From Raillietiella orientalis (taxonomy: Eukaryota): DNA of 64,000 bases. Where the stretch lies: contig JAYWIR010000001.1 in assembly GCA_036172245.1 (NCBI GenBank), forward strand, positions 2,666,001 to 2,730,000, in the 5' to 3' direction. Under the pieces are notes generated by a model. That model did not search any database, was not told the DNA's origin, and worked only from the letters and a program-made list of their open reading frames with translations. Made by a program: the position numbers and the translations under genes. Each line of letters begins with the position of its first letter. The stretch's first letter is position 1. Positions 37,801 to 51,261 of this stretch are shown piece by piece.

Positions 37801-40800
37801 GAGTTGTCCTTCAGAACACTCACCTTTTGTGTGGGCTGGGCAGCGAACTGCGGTCAGCGACGCGAGTTCATCTCGGGGCATCCCGAGAACACGCCACGGG
37901 TTTCTTCGCTCCGATGCGACCCTGCCCCGTGCGCACCAAACGGTCGCATCTCGGTCCCGCACGCGCATCCCAGGGAGCCCTCCCCCTTTCCGCCAACTCG
38001 ATGAGATCCACGCACCTTGAAAGCTGGAGGATCTGCTTTCAAGGCGCGTGGAAGGCATCCTCCGCACGTTCCTCAAGCCGCTTCCAAGATCAGTTCGCTG
38101 CTGTTCCTGCTCCCTATCAAGTCGACGGGAAAGGCCCGAAAATCTTCTTCGGCTGCCCGACGGCTGCTTACAAAGACGGCGGCCCAGCCTGTAGTGGCTC
38201 CGAAGGCCTCGCGGACCCGGGAGGAAGATGCAGAAAGATGCGCGCCTCACTCCATGGATCCGTGGGGTGGATGTCCACCACCTGAAAGCGAGAACCACGC
38301 ACGAACGGCACCATCCTCTGGGTAAAAGTGGACAGTCTGGTAGCAAGAGCAGCAGGAGGACCACGTACGGGGGAGAGGCGGCAGCTCCGGAGGTCTCCCT
38401 GCCGAGCAGGAAGCAGCGAGTGTAGAAGAGAGCCCATCGTATCTAAGGACCGATCTCCGATAGGCGAAGCACCTCGCGTTGTCGCGGCGAAGACGACCGC
38501 CCAGTCGAGGCCGAAGACGACCGATGGCTCTGCCTCCCCCCCTTTTCTCGTTAATCTTCTTGCAGCGCCTCTCGCTCGCCGTCCGCGCGCGCCTCCATGG
38601 ACCTTCGGCGCCCGCGCACGCAATGGCAGCCGTTCTCATTCCTCCCTCTCCATTCGCGCGTCTTCCCAGCCGCGACCGAGACGGCGCGAGCCCTCGGACC
38701 TGGAGCAAAGGCTTCTCTTGCCGCGCAAAGTTGCCGCAGGGGGAGAGGAAAGGGTGGGGTGAGGCAAGGGGAAGCGAGCGCTTGCCGGCTGTAGCACGAC
38801 GCTGCGTCGCCCTTGCCGTTGCTGCTGCTGCTGGAAGCAAACGGGGTCGCCCCCGAACGAACGAGAGAGGGAGTGGCGCGCATTTCCGAATTCCACCTGA
38901 ACCCAATACCTCCGTTCCGCGCCCTTTTGGGGCCCTACGTGACCTGTGGAACGGTTCCTGTCCTGCGTACCGCCTCTGCATGCGAAATGAAGGTGGGCAG
39001 GATCGTGCTACAAACAGCCGGGCTGGGAAAGGGAAAGTCCCTCTTTGAAAGTGTCCATCTAGCAGGACTTCCCACGACCCTTGATTTATAGGAGCACAAT
39101 GGATGGGTGCCGCGGAGGCCACTCCGGCAAAGACACTGCCGCTTCCCATTCAACCCACAACGCACGGGGGTTCCGATATGCGCAAGCTTTGGCCACCCGC
39201 CCAATCTTCCACCGGGAACCGACAGTGCAGAGGAAACCCGAGATGCATCCACACGTCATTCAACAGGGAATCAGAGCGAGAACGACCATCGTCCATCCGT
39301 AGGAGAGAAACTGGCGGTCTGAACCCGTCCCCACCAACGTCGACGTCGAAAGACCGAGTTTGTTGTCGGTCCTAGTGCTTCTCCCGCGCAGGACGATGAG
39401 GAGGAGGGGTGACGTCCCGGAGGCAGCAGAAGGGCCCGCAGAAGGGACGATTTTCTTTTTCTTTCTTCCTCCCTTCCTCAGCCAGTCCACGGAACTGTCA
39501 GTGGACGCCTGCCTTCACTTCACGTAGAGCGCGCGCAATCCGATCCGAACCTCAGAGGCCGTCAAGGAGGTGCCTCCCGGTGCCTGAGCGGCGGCAGGAG
39601 CAACGGTCAGGCGAAGATTTGAAACGGCTCCCTGCCTCCTCCTCTTCGGTTTCCCCCCTTCTTCCGCGATCGGAGGCGGGGCCCTGGGAATACAAATGTG
39701 CCTCGGAAACCACCCCTGGAAGCGGTTGCTAGGGCACTCGGAGCGGAAATGGAGCAAGCGATCACAGCATCCTATCGCTCGTCCTCATCAACATCTGCTG
39801 GGGCCATGAAACACATCGACGATCTGCAGGAGACGTCGAATCTCCCGGATCGTCTACGGAAGGACATGCGTGCGCAACCCGTGAGGCCGTCCCCATGACG
39901 GATGCGGCGGCGGCGAAGCGATCAGAGAGGAAGGCGGACTCTGGAGCAGAAAATTTGGTTACCAGGACGACGAGCAGATGCAAATTTTTCGGAATACAAC
40001 CCGCGTGCGTAGAACGAACCAGCGGAACCCCGGCGGCGAACCATCGTCGCAGGAGCCGATTGGTCGAAACGAGGGGGGGAGGGGGGAAACCTCAGGGATG
40101 GTTCGTTTTGGAAGGGCTGCACGGGAGTGACGCGCGATCTTTCCCTATTTGGAGGGGTAGCGGGCCGGGCAAGAACGATCCCATTCGAGCAGTCATGGGT
40201 ATCTGTTTTTTAATTAATTTTTACCCCCATGAGAAAGGCGACTGCCCTCAGCACCCCAACTCTCCTTGCTCTCCCTCGGTGCGATCCCCTAGCAACCACT
40301 CGATCCGTTCGTCGCTGAGAACTTTGCACTGCAGCACGACGTAGGGCGGGGGGGGGGGGGTTGCTCAGAGATCGGTGCCCGAGTCAATCCTCCTCTTCAG
40401 GAGATACATCGCCCCCTGCCTGGGTGCGGCTCCCGGCGCATCCACAGTGCCGCGACTCGTCGAAGCCTCGGCGGTTCCGGAGCACTGGCGGACGATCGGT
40501 GCTCGATGACGTCACTGCTCCGCTCGCTCCTCCCGGAACAGACTCCCGATCCGGTCGTGCTTCTGCTCAAGGGTGACATCCACTTATCCGCGCAGGTTTG
40601 CTAAACGCCGTAGTTCGCTTATTCCGCCGCTCCCTTCCGCGATGCACCCCCACCCCAACTCTTCAGCACCAAGGGAAAAAAAAATTCATCACTCCGGGAC
40701 ACGCTCAGAGAAAAGTCCACGAAGGAGCCGAGCTCCCTCCTCCTCCCCTCTCCTCTCCCCCGCGCGGTGAGGAGCAAGGGACGCTTTCCGGCCGAGGCAG

Positions 40801-40824
40801 GCGGCAGCGCGCCCTTCGCGCCAC

Positions 40825-40838
40825 CCTCCAGGTGGCGG
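40825..40838 (+). promoter_or_regulatory. CTCF-like binding motif (weaker)
   Basis: CCTCCAGGTGGCGG resembles the CTCF core. Confidence 0.25.
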
Positions 40839-43576
40839 CACGAACTTGGCTCGCCGTCGCGATCGCGAGCAGCGTGGAGCCTGCCTCTTCCGGCTCTATG
40901 GACCACCCGGGCGAACCCGAATTCTTTAGAGGGCGATCCAAACGTGACCGACCGGTTCGAGCGTGCGAGACGAAGTCCCGCGAAGGTGTGGCAGCTGACC
41001 TGGGCGACAAGCAGTTTGAGGAGGAGGAGATTGCCCGACTAGCATTGCGCCGCGCGGCGATCTGTCTGTGGAAAGCTCTATTTTTCCCCTTACTCCCTGC
41101 GGTATTCGGAATAGGGGAGCTCGGAGCGGCCGCCCCACGCTCGGGTAATCAAAGAGGTGGGGTGGAATTCAGATGACGCACGTCCAGATGACGCGATCAT
41201 TCCCAGGAACCGCAGAAAGAAGGCAGAGCGGGAGTTCCGCTTTCGGGCGCGCGCGGTAGAGCGAGGAAAGAGAGGGACTTCCGTTGCATCCCGAATGCAG
41301 GGATGCATAAGAGCTTCGTCCGCTGAGGGGACACGGAATTCATTTCGGAGGACGCGCGCGCTCAAGGACGGACCTTCCTCACGGTGGTCTCCCCCTTCAC
41401 GTGCATCCAGAGGACTGGTGAGCCGCCCCAGCGTTTGTCTCTTAAACGCCAAACCTCTCTCGATGCCGCGGTTCGTCCCTGCTCAGAGTGGGCAGACGCG
41501 GACCCTGCATCTCGTTCCTTCCCCCCTGAGAGCCAAGTGGTCGCTTTCGTTTCCGCACCCAATCTCCTCCTTGAGGCACCTCGGGCGGATAAAGAGGAGA
41601 AGCGATGTTTCCTGATCTCCATCGAAAAGGACCTCCCTTTCACCCTCGAGGGCACTTCTTGTCAGCCTCCCTTCGGCACACGGGTTGCTGGCTAATGGCC
41701 AATGGTTGCAGGACTTCTCTCGAGCCTCTCGAATCCTGCAGAGAGTGCGCAGCTCGGCAGACAGGAATCCGTCGTGGGCCTGACCGAACTGGTCAGTTCC
41801 TTCTCTCGGTTCTTTCTTCCTCACGTTCCCGACGGTTTCGGCGAAGAGCTGGAGATCTCCGAGGGGAACGAATCATCCATTGTCTTCTTGCTCTCCAGCC
41901 GAATTCGCCAATGCTTGAGGACGTCGGTCAGTCCCCTCTCTACAAGTTGAGGCTGCAGCAGCTCAGGAGCGCCCTTCCTAAGCGCCAAGCAGGTCGCAAA
42001 GGAACTCGTTGGTTCGTCTCGCGAAGCAGACATCCTCCGGCAATCTCGCGGAAACCGATCACGGCAACAGCAGGAAAAGGAGAAGAGAGGAATGGGGGGA
42101 AGGAAGAAGAGAAAGCAAGCTACATAGGAAAAAAATGGGGAGTGCCAGAGAGGAAGCAACCCTCTCTAAGGGATGTTGCCTCTCCGGCGTGAGGGAGGGC
42201 TTGAAGAGTGGGACGCCAGATCCGGGAAAAGAGCAGCCTTGCCGCCTCTCTGCCAGGAAGATCCTAAAGAGCCTTGCTGCCTCACAATCATCCTGATAGC
42301 AAGAAGCGGAGATTCCTTCGGATTCGCAGCCACTGGAGAGAGGTTTGCCGTTGCAAACTGCTCCAGAACTTCGTGCTCGCGGTGCGGCGAAGGGGATTAA
42401 GCAGGCCGGGATTAGCGACTTCAGGGCCTTGTAAAGATCCTGGCGGTGTTTTCCCGGATGGGGATCTAGAAAACGCAGCCACTCGACGGTCCTTTTCCCG
42501 ATTTTATCCAACAGAAGGACGGACGCGTTCCCCGGGTCGTGAGAACGCCTATTTTCTATGTCCAGGGTCGCAGGTGGGATACCGCTCAACCGGACCAACG
42601 CTATGACCGGCAACCGTGGTCGAGCCGCAGCTTCGCATCCACCTTCTCGGGAAGAGCAGTCGGTGCCCAAGCGCGTTGAGCGAGATGCAGGAATCTCGTT
42701 ACACAACAATTAACTCGGGAGGCTGGAGAGCTTTGGACCAATAAAGAAACACCGAGGCTGGAAACCCATTCGGAAGATGGGGAACGGGTATCAACCCGGG
42801 CAGGATCCCTACTTTGCTTTTCGTTCCGTCCCACATCAGGAATACTGCGTTGTACTGTTCCATACGGGCATCCTTTTTGATCTGCGTTTGCACTTGAAAT
42901 CGGCCATCAGGGTCCGCCGAGACCCGCAGGAATTTGCTGAAGCGGGCATTCCTGAGAAGAAGGCGCTAAGAGGGGACGGAGTGAAGGCACTTCTGTTTGG
43001 GACGCCCTGGTAGGTGGAGAAGAGCGACATCATCCTCAGAGTTAGGGATGACGCGTCCGACAAAAAGAAGCAGGATGGACGCAGGCGATCCGCTTTCCCG
43101 GAGGCACGAGACGGGCACAACGCTGGTCCATTCAGCTCTGCTCTGCCGCTGGAGGACACCTCTGCTCCCACGCGCGCACAGGTGATGACAGCTCTCGGAA
43201 CGCCGGACAATGGACGATGACGACAAGGATGGCGGGAGATGCTCGGTTTCGGAAGTCGAATTTGACCCCACCCTCATGAGAAGACTCCAGAAGAGGAGCA
43301 AGGTAGCAGGGCGTACGCATGAGAGATTCCCGGAGGTGTTCGCGGTGCGGCTGGAAGACTCAGTTGAAACATCACGAAAGACCATCTTCAGTTGAGGAGG
43401 GAGACATCAGGATTCGCTTGGAATCTTTTTCTACTCTGCCCGGAGCAAAGAGCTGGTAAAGGGGTGAGGGGTGGGGAAATAACCGGTGGAGTTCCTATCT
43501 GAGACATTTTCGAAAAGCAGAAAAAAAGGAGGAAGAAAACCTGCGTTGAGGATTGTCCCAAGGGGCACACACTAGG

Positions 43577-44584
43577 CACGTGTTCGCACACGCGTGCGGA
43601 CTCACGAGAGCACGTGCTGATTTTGGACCGCTGGTGATTACAGCTGGCAGTCTACTGCACGAGTCACGAATCACGTGTTTCCGTATTTTCTGCAAATGCA
43701 CCTGCATACGACCGCGGATGCGGGTAGGGCTTGGAAGCAGCAGCAACCTCTTCCTGCAGGAACGAAAGAGGTTCAGAGAAAAGTGGCGAAAGCACGTGAC
43801 CTTTTCGAGAGGACCTCGAAAAGGTCACGTCCGCCTTCACTTTTCTCATAGGGCTCAATGGAAGGACGTGGGCAGCCATTGCATATCGGACGCACAAGGA
43901 ATGGTGCTCCCCAGCAGCATGGCTCCAGCATCATGCATGTGATTTATCATTTATCCCTCCCCTTACGAATTACGCAGGCAGTATCAACCTCGGGGTTTTC
44001 CTCACCATCACCATCAGCCCTTATTTTGATCCTCAGATCAATGGAGATGCTGCTCTTGTTATGATCCTCGAACTGAGACAACCTCGACCCAAACTTACAT
44101 CTTCACCACTCCAGTTTCCCTCCACATTATGACGTAATCACGGCACCAATCTACGAGCCATTTTTCGTCCTCGACGAAAAAAAGCAGTTGGTCGAAAAGA
44201 ATACCCAAGTAAATCGCGCCAAGCAGTTCTTGCACTCTGGAGAGGCAACCTCCCGAGGGGGTACAAGCCCCAGCTCCATGTTCACAATTGGAGGGGAACT
44301 GCGAATGGCTCCTCGATTCTTAGAAGGACCCCGGAGGGTCGACTTCCAATTCCGGCCGGTCCACGCGGGCATCCGGGGGCATCCAGCTCCCAGCGATGCC
44401 GACGCACCCAAAACCCATGGGCCGTTCCCAGCGTCGTTTTGCCGGGAGGACTCGAAACCCAGGACGCACCCCTCATTTCTCGGGGGACTCTTCACCGCGC
44501 GGAATTCGATCCCGCAACGGTGGGTACCACGTGCGGAGAAACCATAGCCACACGGTCGCCGACGCAGGTCACATACCACGTGCG
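43577..44584. promoter_or_regulatory. Cluster of bHLH sites (CACGTG E-boxes and N-boxes), candidate enhancer
   Basis: CACGTG at 43577, 43611, 43672, 43793, 44528 and 44577; CACGCGTG at 43589; CACGAG at 43603 and 43658. Confidence 0.45.
43776..43847. repeat. Long inverted repeat / hairpin
   Basis: acgtgaccttttcgag (43794-43809), loop aggac, ctcgaaaaggtcacgt (43815-43830) form a perfect 16-bp stem. Outer perfect 10-bp arms: gagaaaagtg (43776-43785) and cacttttctc (43838-43847). Confidence 0.92.
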
Positions 44585-47500
44585 TTTTCGAGTGGTCGGC
44601 CGATCACTAGCACTCGACTGACGTGATCGCGAGCAGAGGAAACTGGGACGCTTTCCGAGAGCAACCTGCCGAAGCTTCAGAGGAGCGCTGCGGACGCAGC
44701 GAGTGTGTGGGACTGCCTCCTTACCGAGGCGCCTGAACTCGAACGAGGTGCAGACCGGAAGCGGGGGAAGAAAAGATCAAAGACAGAGAGGAAGGGGAGG
44801 AGGGAGAAGGGATCTTTGAGTAGCACTCCTTCTGTTTTACGCTACGGTACCTTTGCTTCAAGCGCGCTCAAGCGTTCCGCGCGACGCACCCACCGTGTAC
44901 CTGAGACGGTCGGTGGACAGGCAGCTGATCTCCGTCCTTCCGCCATCCCGCGTCGTCTCGGCTTGGGGGTCTCTCGACAGGACACGAGAGCAGCTGCATC
45001 CTCACTCCCTAGTGTGATTTCTCCACGAGAATGTGGATGAAACCACTGCTTCCCTCCTCGACGATCCTCAAACCCCAATCGCTCACTGCTATCCACGAAT
45101 CAAAACCGCTCCTCCCCCACGGAATCCTTTTGAGCCTTTTCTGGACGTCGTCTTCGGAAGCCGGGACGGAGGGGTTTCCTCCCGGCCGTGGGCTGCCGCC
45201 TTTGATTCCAAGCCCGGCCAGGAATTTCCCCACCGTGCGGCGCGCGATGCGCTGTCAGAAAATACGCTGATGGTCGACTGCGAGAATAGGAAATCCACTC
45301 CTTCGCCTGTCTTCGCACCCATCTTCCACGGATCATCCTCGCCAAGAACTCGGGGTAGGTCGGCTGCTTGGCGTAGCTCCGCAATCCGGGAGCGTCTCAG
45401 AGGACGGGGACCGTCGGCGCAAGTGGTTGCTGGTGGTCGTCATCCGGCGCCGGGCCACTTCGAGGCGAACTCGGGACGGCCTCCATTTTGTTTCTCGCGA
45501 CCGTTTCGACATCCCGCGAGCAGCAGCGGGGGAAAGGCGGGATACAGAGCGACGGTAGCTCAGGAGATTCGTCACAGCGTCCTAGTTGTGCGAGGACGAG
45601 CTTTGCCAGGGAACTCCAGGCAGGGGAGCGCGGAATGGCTGGGATTAAGGAAGAGGGAAGGGGGAATCTCAGCTCCACTGGGATGCAGATTCCTACGAAT
45701 TTCTTTCCACTTTTTGAAATACGGGAATTCGGCGTTCGTTCAGAACTCATTAGGGGCAGCATCTTCATTGATCTGGATCTGCTCTGGGAGGCTTCCCGAG
45801 TCCTCACACTCCAGACACCCCTTTCATGAAGAACTCATCTCAGCATTGCCTGCAGATGGGTCTCGCTCTTCCGCACGTAACGAGCAGGTTGCCCAAAGTA
45901 GAAGACCGGCAACATTAGGCAGGCGTCCAATCCAGAGATCGTCTGCCCGAATCGTCAGTCGGTTCGAAGAATCTCGGGAGTCGTTCCCAATTTGGCCTCG
46001 AGTGACTCACGAGGCAGGAGGAAAGGCTGGGGGTGAGGAAAGAATGCTTGGTCGATGTTCCTTCCTCTTAGGGACTTCGGATTTCTGTCTTGCGCGGAAA
46101 CAAATCAAGGAGGACACCGAATCGAGGATCCGAGCGGAGTGCAGCTGCTGCGTTCCAGCTTCCCAGAAGAGAATGCATTTCTCCTGCCCACGACGGCCCC
46201 CTAAGATGACCACGAAGCCAATTTCCACTCTCACTTTCACCTCACAGCTGGGAAAGTCACGCGTAGTGGTTGAAACGCCAGCGCGCTCGCCTGCGCTCCG
46301 TTCATTTCCGCAGGAGTCTGCTGGTTCCGGTGGAGAAGCGGTGGGCGGAGAGCAGCAGAAGCGAAGCGTTTCCGCTTCCGGGGATTCCGGGAAGGAAGCG
46401 TCCTTCAAAGCGCTGTAAGGTGGTGCAAGGTAAGAAGCCTCGCAGTTTTCTGTCATCCAGGAGTCGCCTTCCACCAGCACAGTCTGTGGGCTGCAGGAAG
46501 GCATATTCCAAGAGATGCTCAGCATCCATCTAAAGATCGGTTTCCGAGGAACTGAAACTCTTTGGAAACCGATGTTCTTCACTTTATCAGTTTGCTCTTC
46601 CTCTGAGTTGGTTTGCATCCCACGAGTGTGGAAAGATTCCTGTGACGGTGAGCGCTGAGGTAGGAACCTGCTCGTGGCTGCTTTGGCGGAAGCGGACGCC
46701 GTACGCACTCGCGTTGATTTAGCACTGCGATTAACCTCAGCGCAAATCTTATTTTTGGCGTGCAGTCCTTGGAAACAACGCATGAAGGCACTATCACAAA
46801 CACTTAATTTCCTTATGATGATGGAGACAATGGGGAGGTAGGAGAGCTATTGAGGGGACACACGATGTCGTTGGAGCAACTCGGTGGGATTTGTCCCGTG
46901 ACCTCGTTGCAGGAAACTTCTTATCCGTCGAAACATGCACGCCGCCGCTGAGGAAACGAAGCTGCTGCTGAGAAAAATGTTTCGAGGGTGTCTCGCAAGA
47001 ATGGACCACTTCTGCACAGAATCAAGGGATGTGAGGTCCATCCACCTATGGAATCTGCAGTGCTTTCACCTCCGGGCTGAACACAGACTCGATTCATTCG
47101 GAAGGTTCCTCACCACCACCACATCTGCTCGAATAATTCAACTTCTCGGAGCAGAACAAACGGTGATCTTCACGGACCATCTTTCGCAATCTTAGATGAC
47201 GGAATGAATTTTAGATGCTCACGTGTTTGGTCGGAGCGGAGTGCCTGATCGTTTAGAAGTTCGAAAACAGAAAAAAAAAAAAATCGAATTAGCAGATCAT
47301 CGATCGAAATTTTGAGAATCTTTTCGAATAAACCCACGCTCTGTGGAGCGAAAGAAGCAAAAGAGACTGATCCAAATGGAGCGGACGAACAAGTGCAGCC
47401 ACGACTGGAAAGTGGTATGCGAGTTCCTCCTGAAGGAAGGGTTACCACACAGGGCCAAGTCCTGACGAGAAGCACGCCTATTCCTCATAGAACTGCCAGA

Positions 47501-50500
47501 AAATCGAAGAACTGTATTTTTTTTTTTTTTTTTTTCGTAACAAGTCAGTACAGCACGGTGAGTCAGCTAACATTCTGTTCTTCTCCTCATCCTTCTAGAA
47601 CGTACAATACACTGTCACCTCTCCATGGGGTCGCCAACGTCCCCGCACGAGACTCTCCAAGAACTCTCTCCGGAGTTCTCCATCTCCGGACATGAATCGC
47701 AGCGATCCAACTCCAAACAAAACACCTCCAGAGAATACAGGAGATTCGCAGGATGCACATTTCAGTGACCTCGGTAGCTGGAAAAGGTAGGCACGAAATG
47801 CGACTTGGAACTTTCGACACCTGCATATCTCGGATCTGGCATTTACTTCCGAAACAGAAGCTAAGAGGAAACTGGGTTCCCTAGGATACGTGGGGCTTCA
47901 CGGGAGGGGAGAGGGGGTGGAGGGAGGAGAGAAATTCTGGAATATGGCGGCTACGGTGGCCACCCCACGAGGGCAAACCAGCAGCAAGCGCCTTCTGTAG
48001 CACGCAGGAAGAAGCTTCTATCAAATTCAATGCGGGCGTTGAAACCTCGGAGGGAAGGTTGCGGAGGCTGGAAACTCTTCCTAAGAGCTCCTATTTAACT
48101 ATGAGTGAGTACAGAGCTTCTCTTTCGAACGCTGTTCCCAACTTCCTAGCCAGCTACGATTCGAAGGACAATGATGAGGATCGAGATTTGTCTTTCTCCA
48201 GGTTCGTCTTTTGAGCTCTGTGGTAAGTTTTCCGCCAGCAGAGATAGCATTACCAAAGTCGGACCGTAGTTGGCAAGTCATGACGGCCTTTCTCAAGAGT
48301 CACCCCTGCTTTCGAGAAGATTTTTTGCCTACCCACAGGCAGGGCGCACCTCCCGAATTCCCCGGTAGGATGCACGGAATCGACTGACAGCTCTTTCTCA
48401 GAATCGACCTTCTGATATTACTGAGATGAGTCAGAGGATGAGCATGTGCCTGAGGACCTTGGACACTCGATAACGTGGATCCTGCTTCCGGGATTCCACG
48501 TCGAGGACCGCTCCTTAGAAGGCCTCGGATACTGTCCTCTGCATCAGAGGTGTCACCTGTCATAACTTCCCTCTTGAAATTTCGCACGATCCTTCCTTCT
48601 CTCTGCATGCTCCCTTCCACTGAGATCCCGAAATGTGAGAGACGGGGAAGCCAAGGGGGGAGGAGCACGTGCTCCGAAAACCAGAAGGTTCCTCCCGGCT
48701 ATTTCATCTCATCGCTTCCTTTCAGAGACTCAACGTTGGTCTGCGGGTCGGAAACCCATGCGCCACCTATTCACATTCTGTGGACACATGCACACGCAAA
48801 CACACACACAAAAATTCCTGACCGTGAAGTTTTCTACCTGCTTCGGAAGCCCAAGGCGGAGGGGCGCCCTCTAGAAGTGCGAGTTCTCCGAGGCAGTCTC
48901 TCCGTTCGAGCAAAAAGGCACTTAGTAATCGCGAAAGGAGCCGCCGCGTTTCTGCCAGCTTGCTGGTTGGGGCTCGTTTTGTTCTCTTGTTTACTTTGTA
49001 AGCGAATTTGTTCGCCTCGCGCCACTTCGAGGAGGAGTTTCCTGTTGCGCCTCGCTGGCAAAAGGGAAGGAGGAGGAGAGGGGATAGAGAAAGCGGCACA
49101 CAGCGCGCGAGTTCGGCGCGTTTCCCGGCATGTTTCCCGGGTGATATACACTTTGGCTCTCCCACGGCTGCTCGGTTCTTCCCGTCCATACCGAGCATCT
49201 TTCCCTGGCATCCTCCAGCACTGCTGCCCTGGTTCGCCGCCGTTTTCTACTCTGCCCGGGAGCTTCGCCAGGATACACCTATCCGCCTTCTACACTGACT
49301 GGAGAACACCAACACCCCGGGTCACAAAGAACCTGTACTTTTCGTGAGGTTCTCGCCAACTTGGGGACGCCTCTTTCAGAGCTGGACCCCTGCTGATGTG
49401 GAGACCTTACTGTGACCTTACTCTTACGCCTTTGCTATCTCAACGCTGCAGTGAAATATTCAAATGAACCAGAAGTCTGTTTCTTGGAGAAATCCTCTCG
49501 TCGGATCCGATTTTGGTCGATTTCGAAGGAAACTTCAAGAACGGATGCGAGCTTCCTCGGAGCGCGAAGTGACCCGATGATTGCCGGTCTCCAGGCAACG
49601 AGATGAAAAGGGTAAGCATCGCATGCCTCTCCTTCAAACGAAAGGGGGAGGGCCGCGCACTCAATGCCGACAGCTTCCACTCACCTCGAAAAGCGAGAGC
49701 TCCCTTCCCGCTGCCACTGCTTTTGTAGAAGAAGCAAACAGAATTCTTGGCAGTGGCACCGAACTGCAAGGGGCCGTGCGCACCTACTTTACTGACCTCT
49801 GTCGCTTGAGCATGGGAGGAAGCGGTTCTCGGTCGCAGGTCCACCCAATGCCCTGCCCTGCCTGGTCACGAAATGCCGCTTCAATGCTGCCTTTCAGATG
49901 GGGAATCTTCCTCCTAAGGGGGGCAGGTTCCGCCCAAGCTACAGCTGCGACTCGCCCCTTCCAGCCAAGATGAAATCAGACGCCCGGAAACAGCAGGTCC
50001 CGTGCAGCCTCTCAAACATGCGCCCTCTCACAGCTGTGAAACTCTCACGCCTTCGCGCCAACTTTTAGGTGAATATGATCCACCAGTCGATGGCGAGCGT
50101 AGCCACCACCCTAGGGCGAACGGTGCCCTGACCCTCATCACTACATTCAATCCTTACTGACGATCAGAAGTGTGGCAAGACGATGGCGAGACTCTATCGA
50201 GAAACTTCTGAGCAACTGTGATGGCCCCCGCGGAATCAGCGATGCTAAAGTATGGTCCTCTAGGAAAAACCGACTCCTCTTTAAGACTGAGGAAAGCATG
50301 AAATAGGAAGGAGCAAGCTGTGGACCGAGTAAGAGCGGACTCCAATAAAGTTCCTTTTACGACACCCTCCATTTCTGCATCTGAATGTGCTCCACACACA
50401 CGCGTCTCCTTCAGTTTCCCTGCGGCCCTAAAGTAAGCGGACAAACAATTCTGCAGAAAAAGCTGGAAATTGCCAACGTCCTCCAGAGGGTGCTGAGGAT

Positions 50501-51228
50501 GCCAGGAAGAAATCTATGATCCCTTCTCCCCGTCAAACATTTTTAAGCTGAACTTCCGCGTTTTTTTTTTTTTTGTTTGTTTACTCCTTCCCCCACTCGT
50601 CCTATGCGGAACTCATCGGAGGAGCTGCTCACGAGAAGCAGCGCTTCCGAGGCTTTTCCCTTCTTAGCGGTCATGTGAAGCCACCACGAAGAAAGACATT
50701 TTTGTATTGTGCATGACTGTTTTTTTGTGACTGTGACTTTTTTTTTTTTTTTTAAATAGGCATCCCGGAGTCACCGGGTGAAAATAAATTAAGTGGATAA
50801 GCTGTCTGTTGATTTTGCGACCGATTCCGTACGATTCAGTAAAGAACACCAAGGTAGTCTTGGGCAAGGAAGGGATTTGTTTGCCAGAGGAAAACCCATG
50901 TGCCGAATTTACCTTCAAGGGGCCGCGAATGGAACGTGACCCTTCGTCTGCTTTTCGAAATGTGCCACGACTTTTCCTCGTTATCTCTTTCACTTCTCAT
51001 ATCGTCTCTTACCATCATTATCGTCTACTCCCGCTCTCCTGTTCTAAATAGAAATTTCTTCTCTTGTTTCAGGCGATTGCCATGTCCCTGTCTCGAAATT
51101 TCTTCTCCTTCACGAAGCAATCACCTTCTTTGTGAAAACAACGCAGTCTTCTGCTCTTGTAGATTCTTCGGTAAAATGGCAAATTGCAATTGCAAAAGCA
51201 CACACCGCAGGCGCCTTCCGTACACAGA

Positions 51229-51233
<5 letters not shown>

Positions 51234-51261
<28 letters not shown>
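51234..51261. repeat. (GT)n microsatellite
   Basis: Perfect dinucleotide run seen directly. Confidence 0.95.

Noticed and set aside
43210..43230. ORF beginning MDDDDK (enterokinase/FLAG-like)
   Set aside because: No DYK prefix or vector context; short GAC/GAT repeat coincidence.
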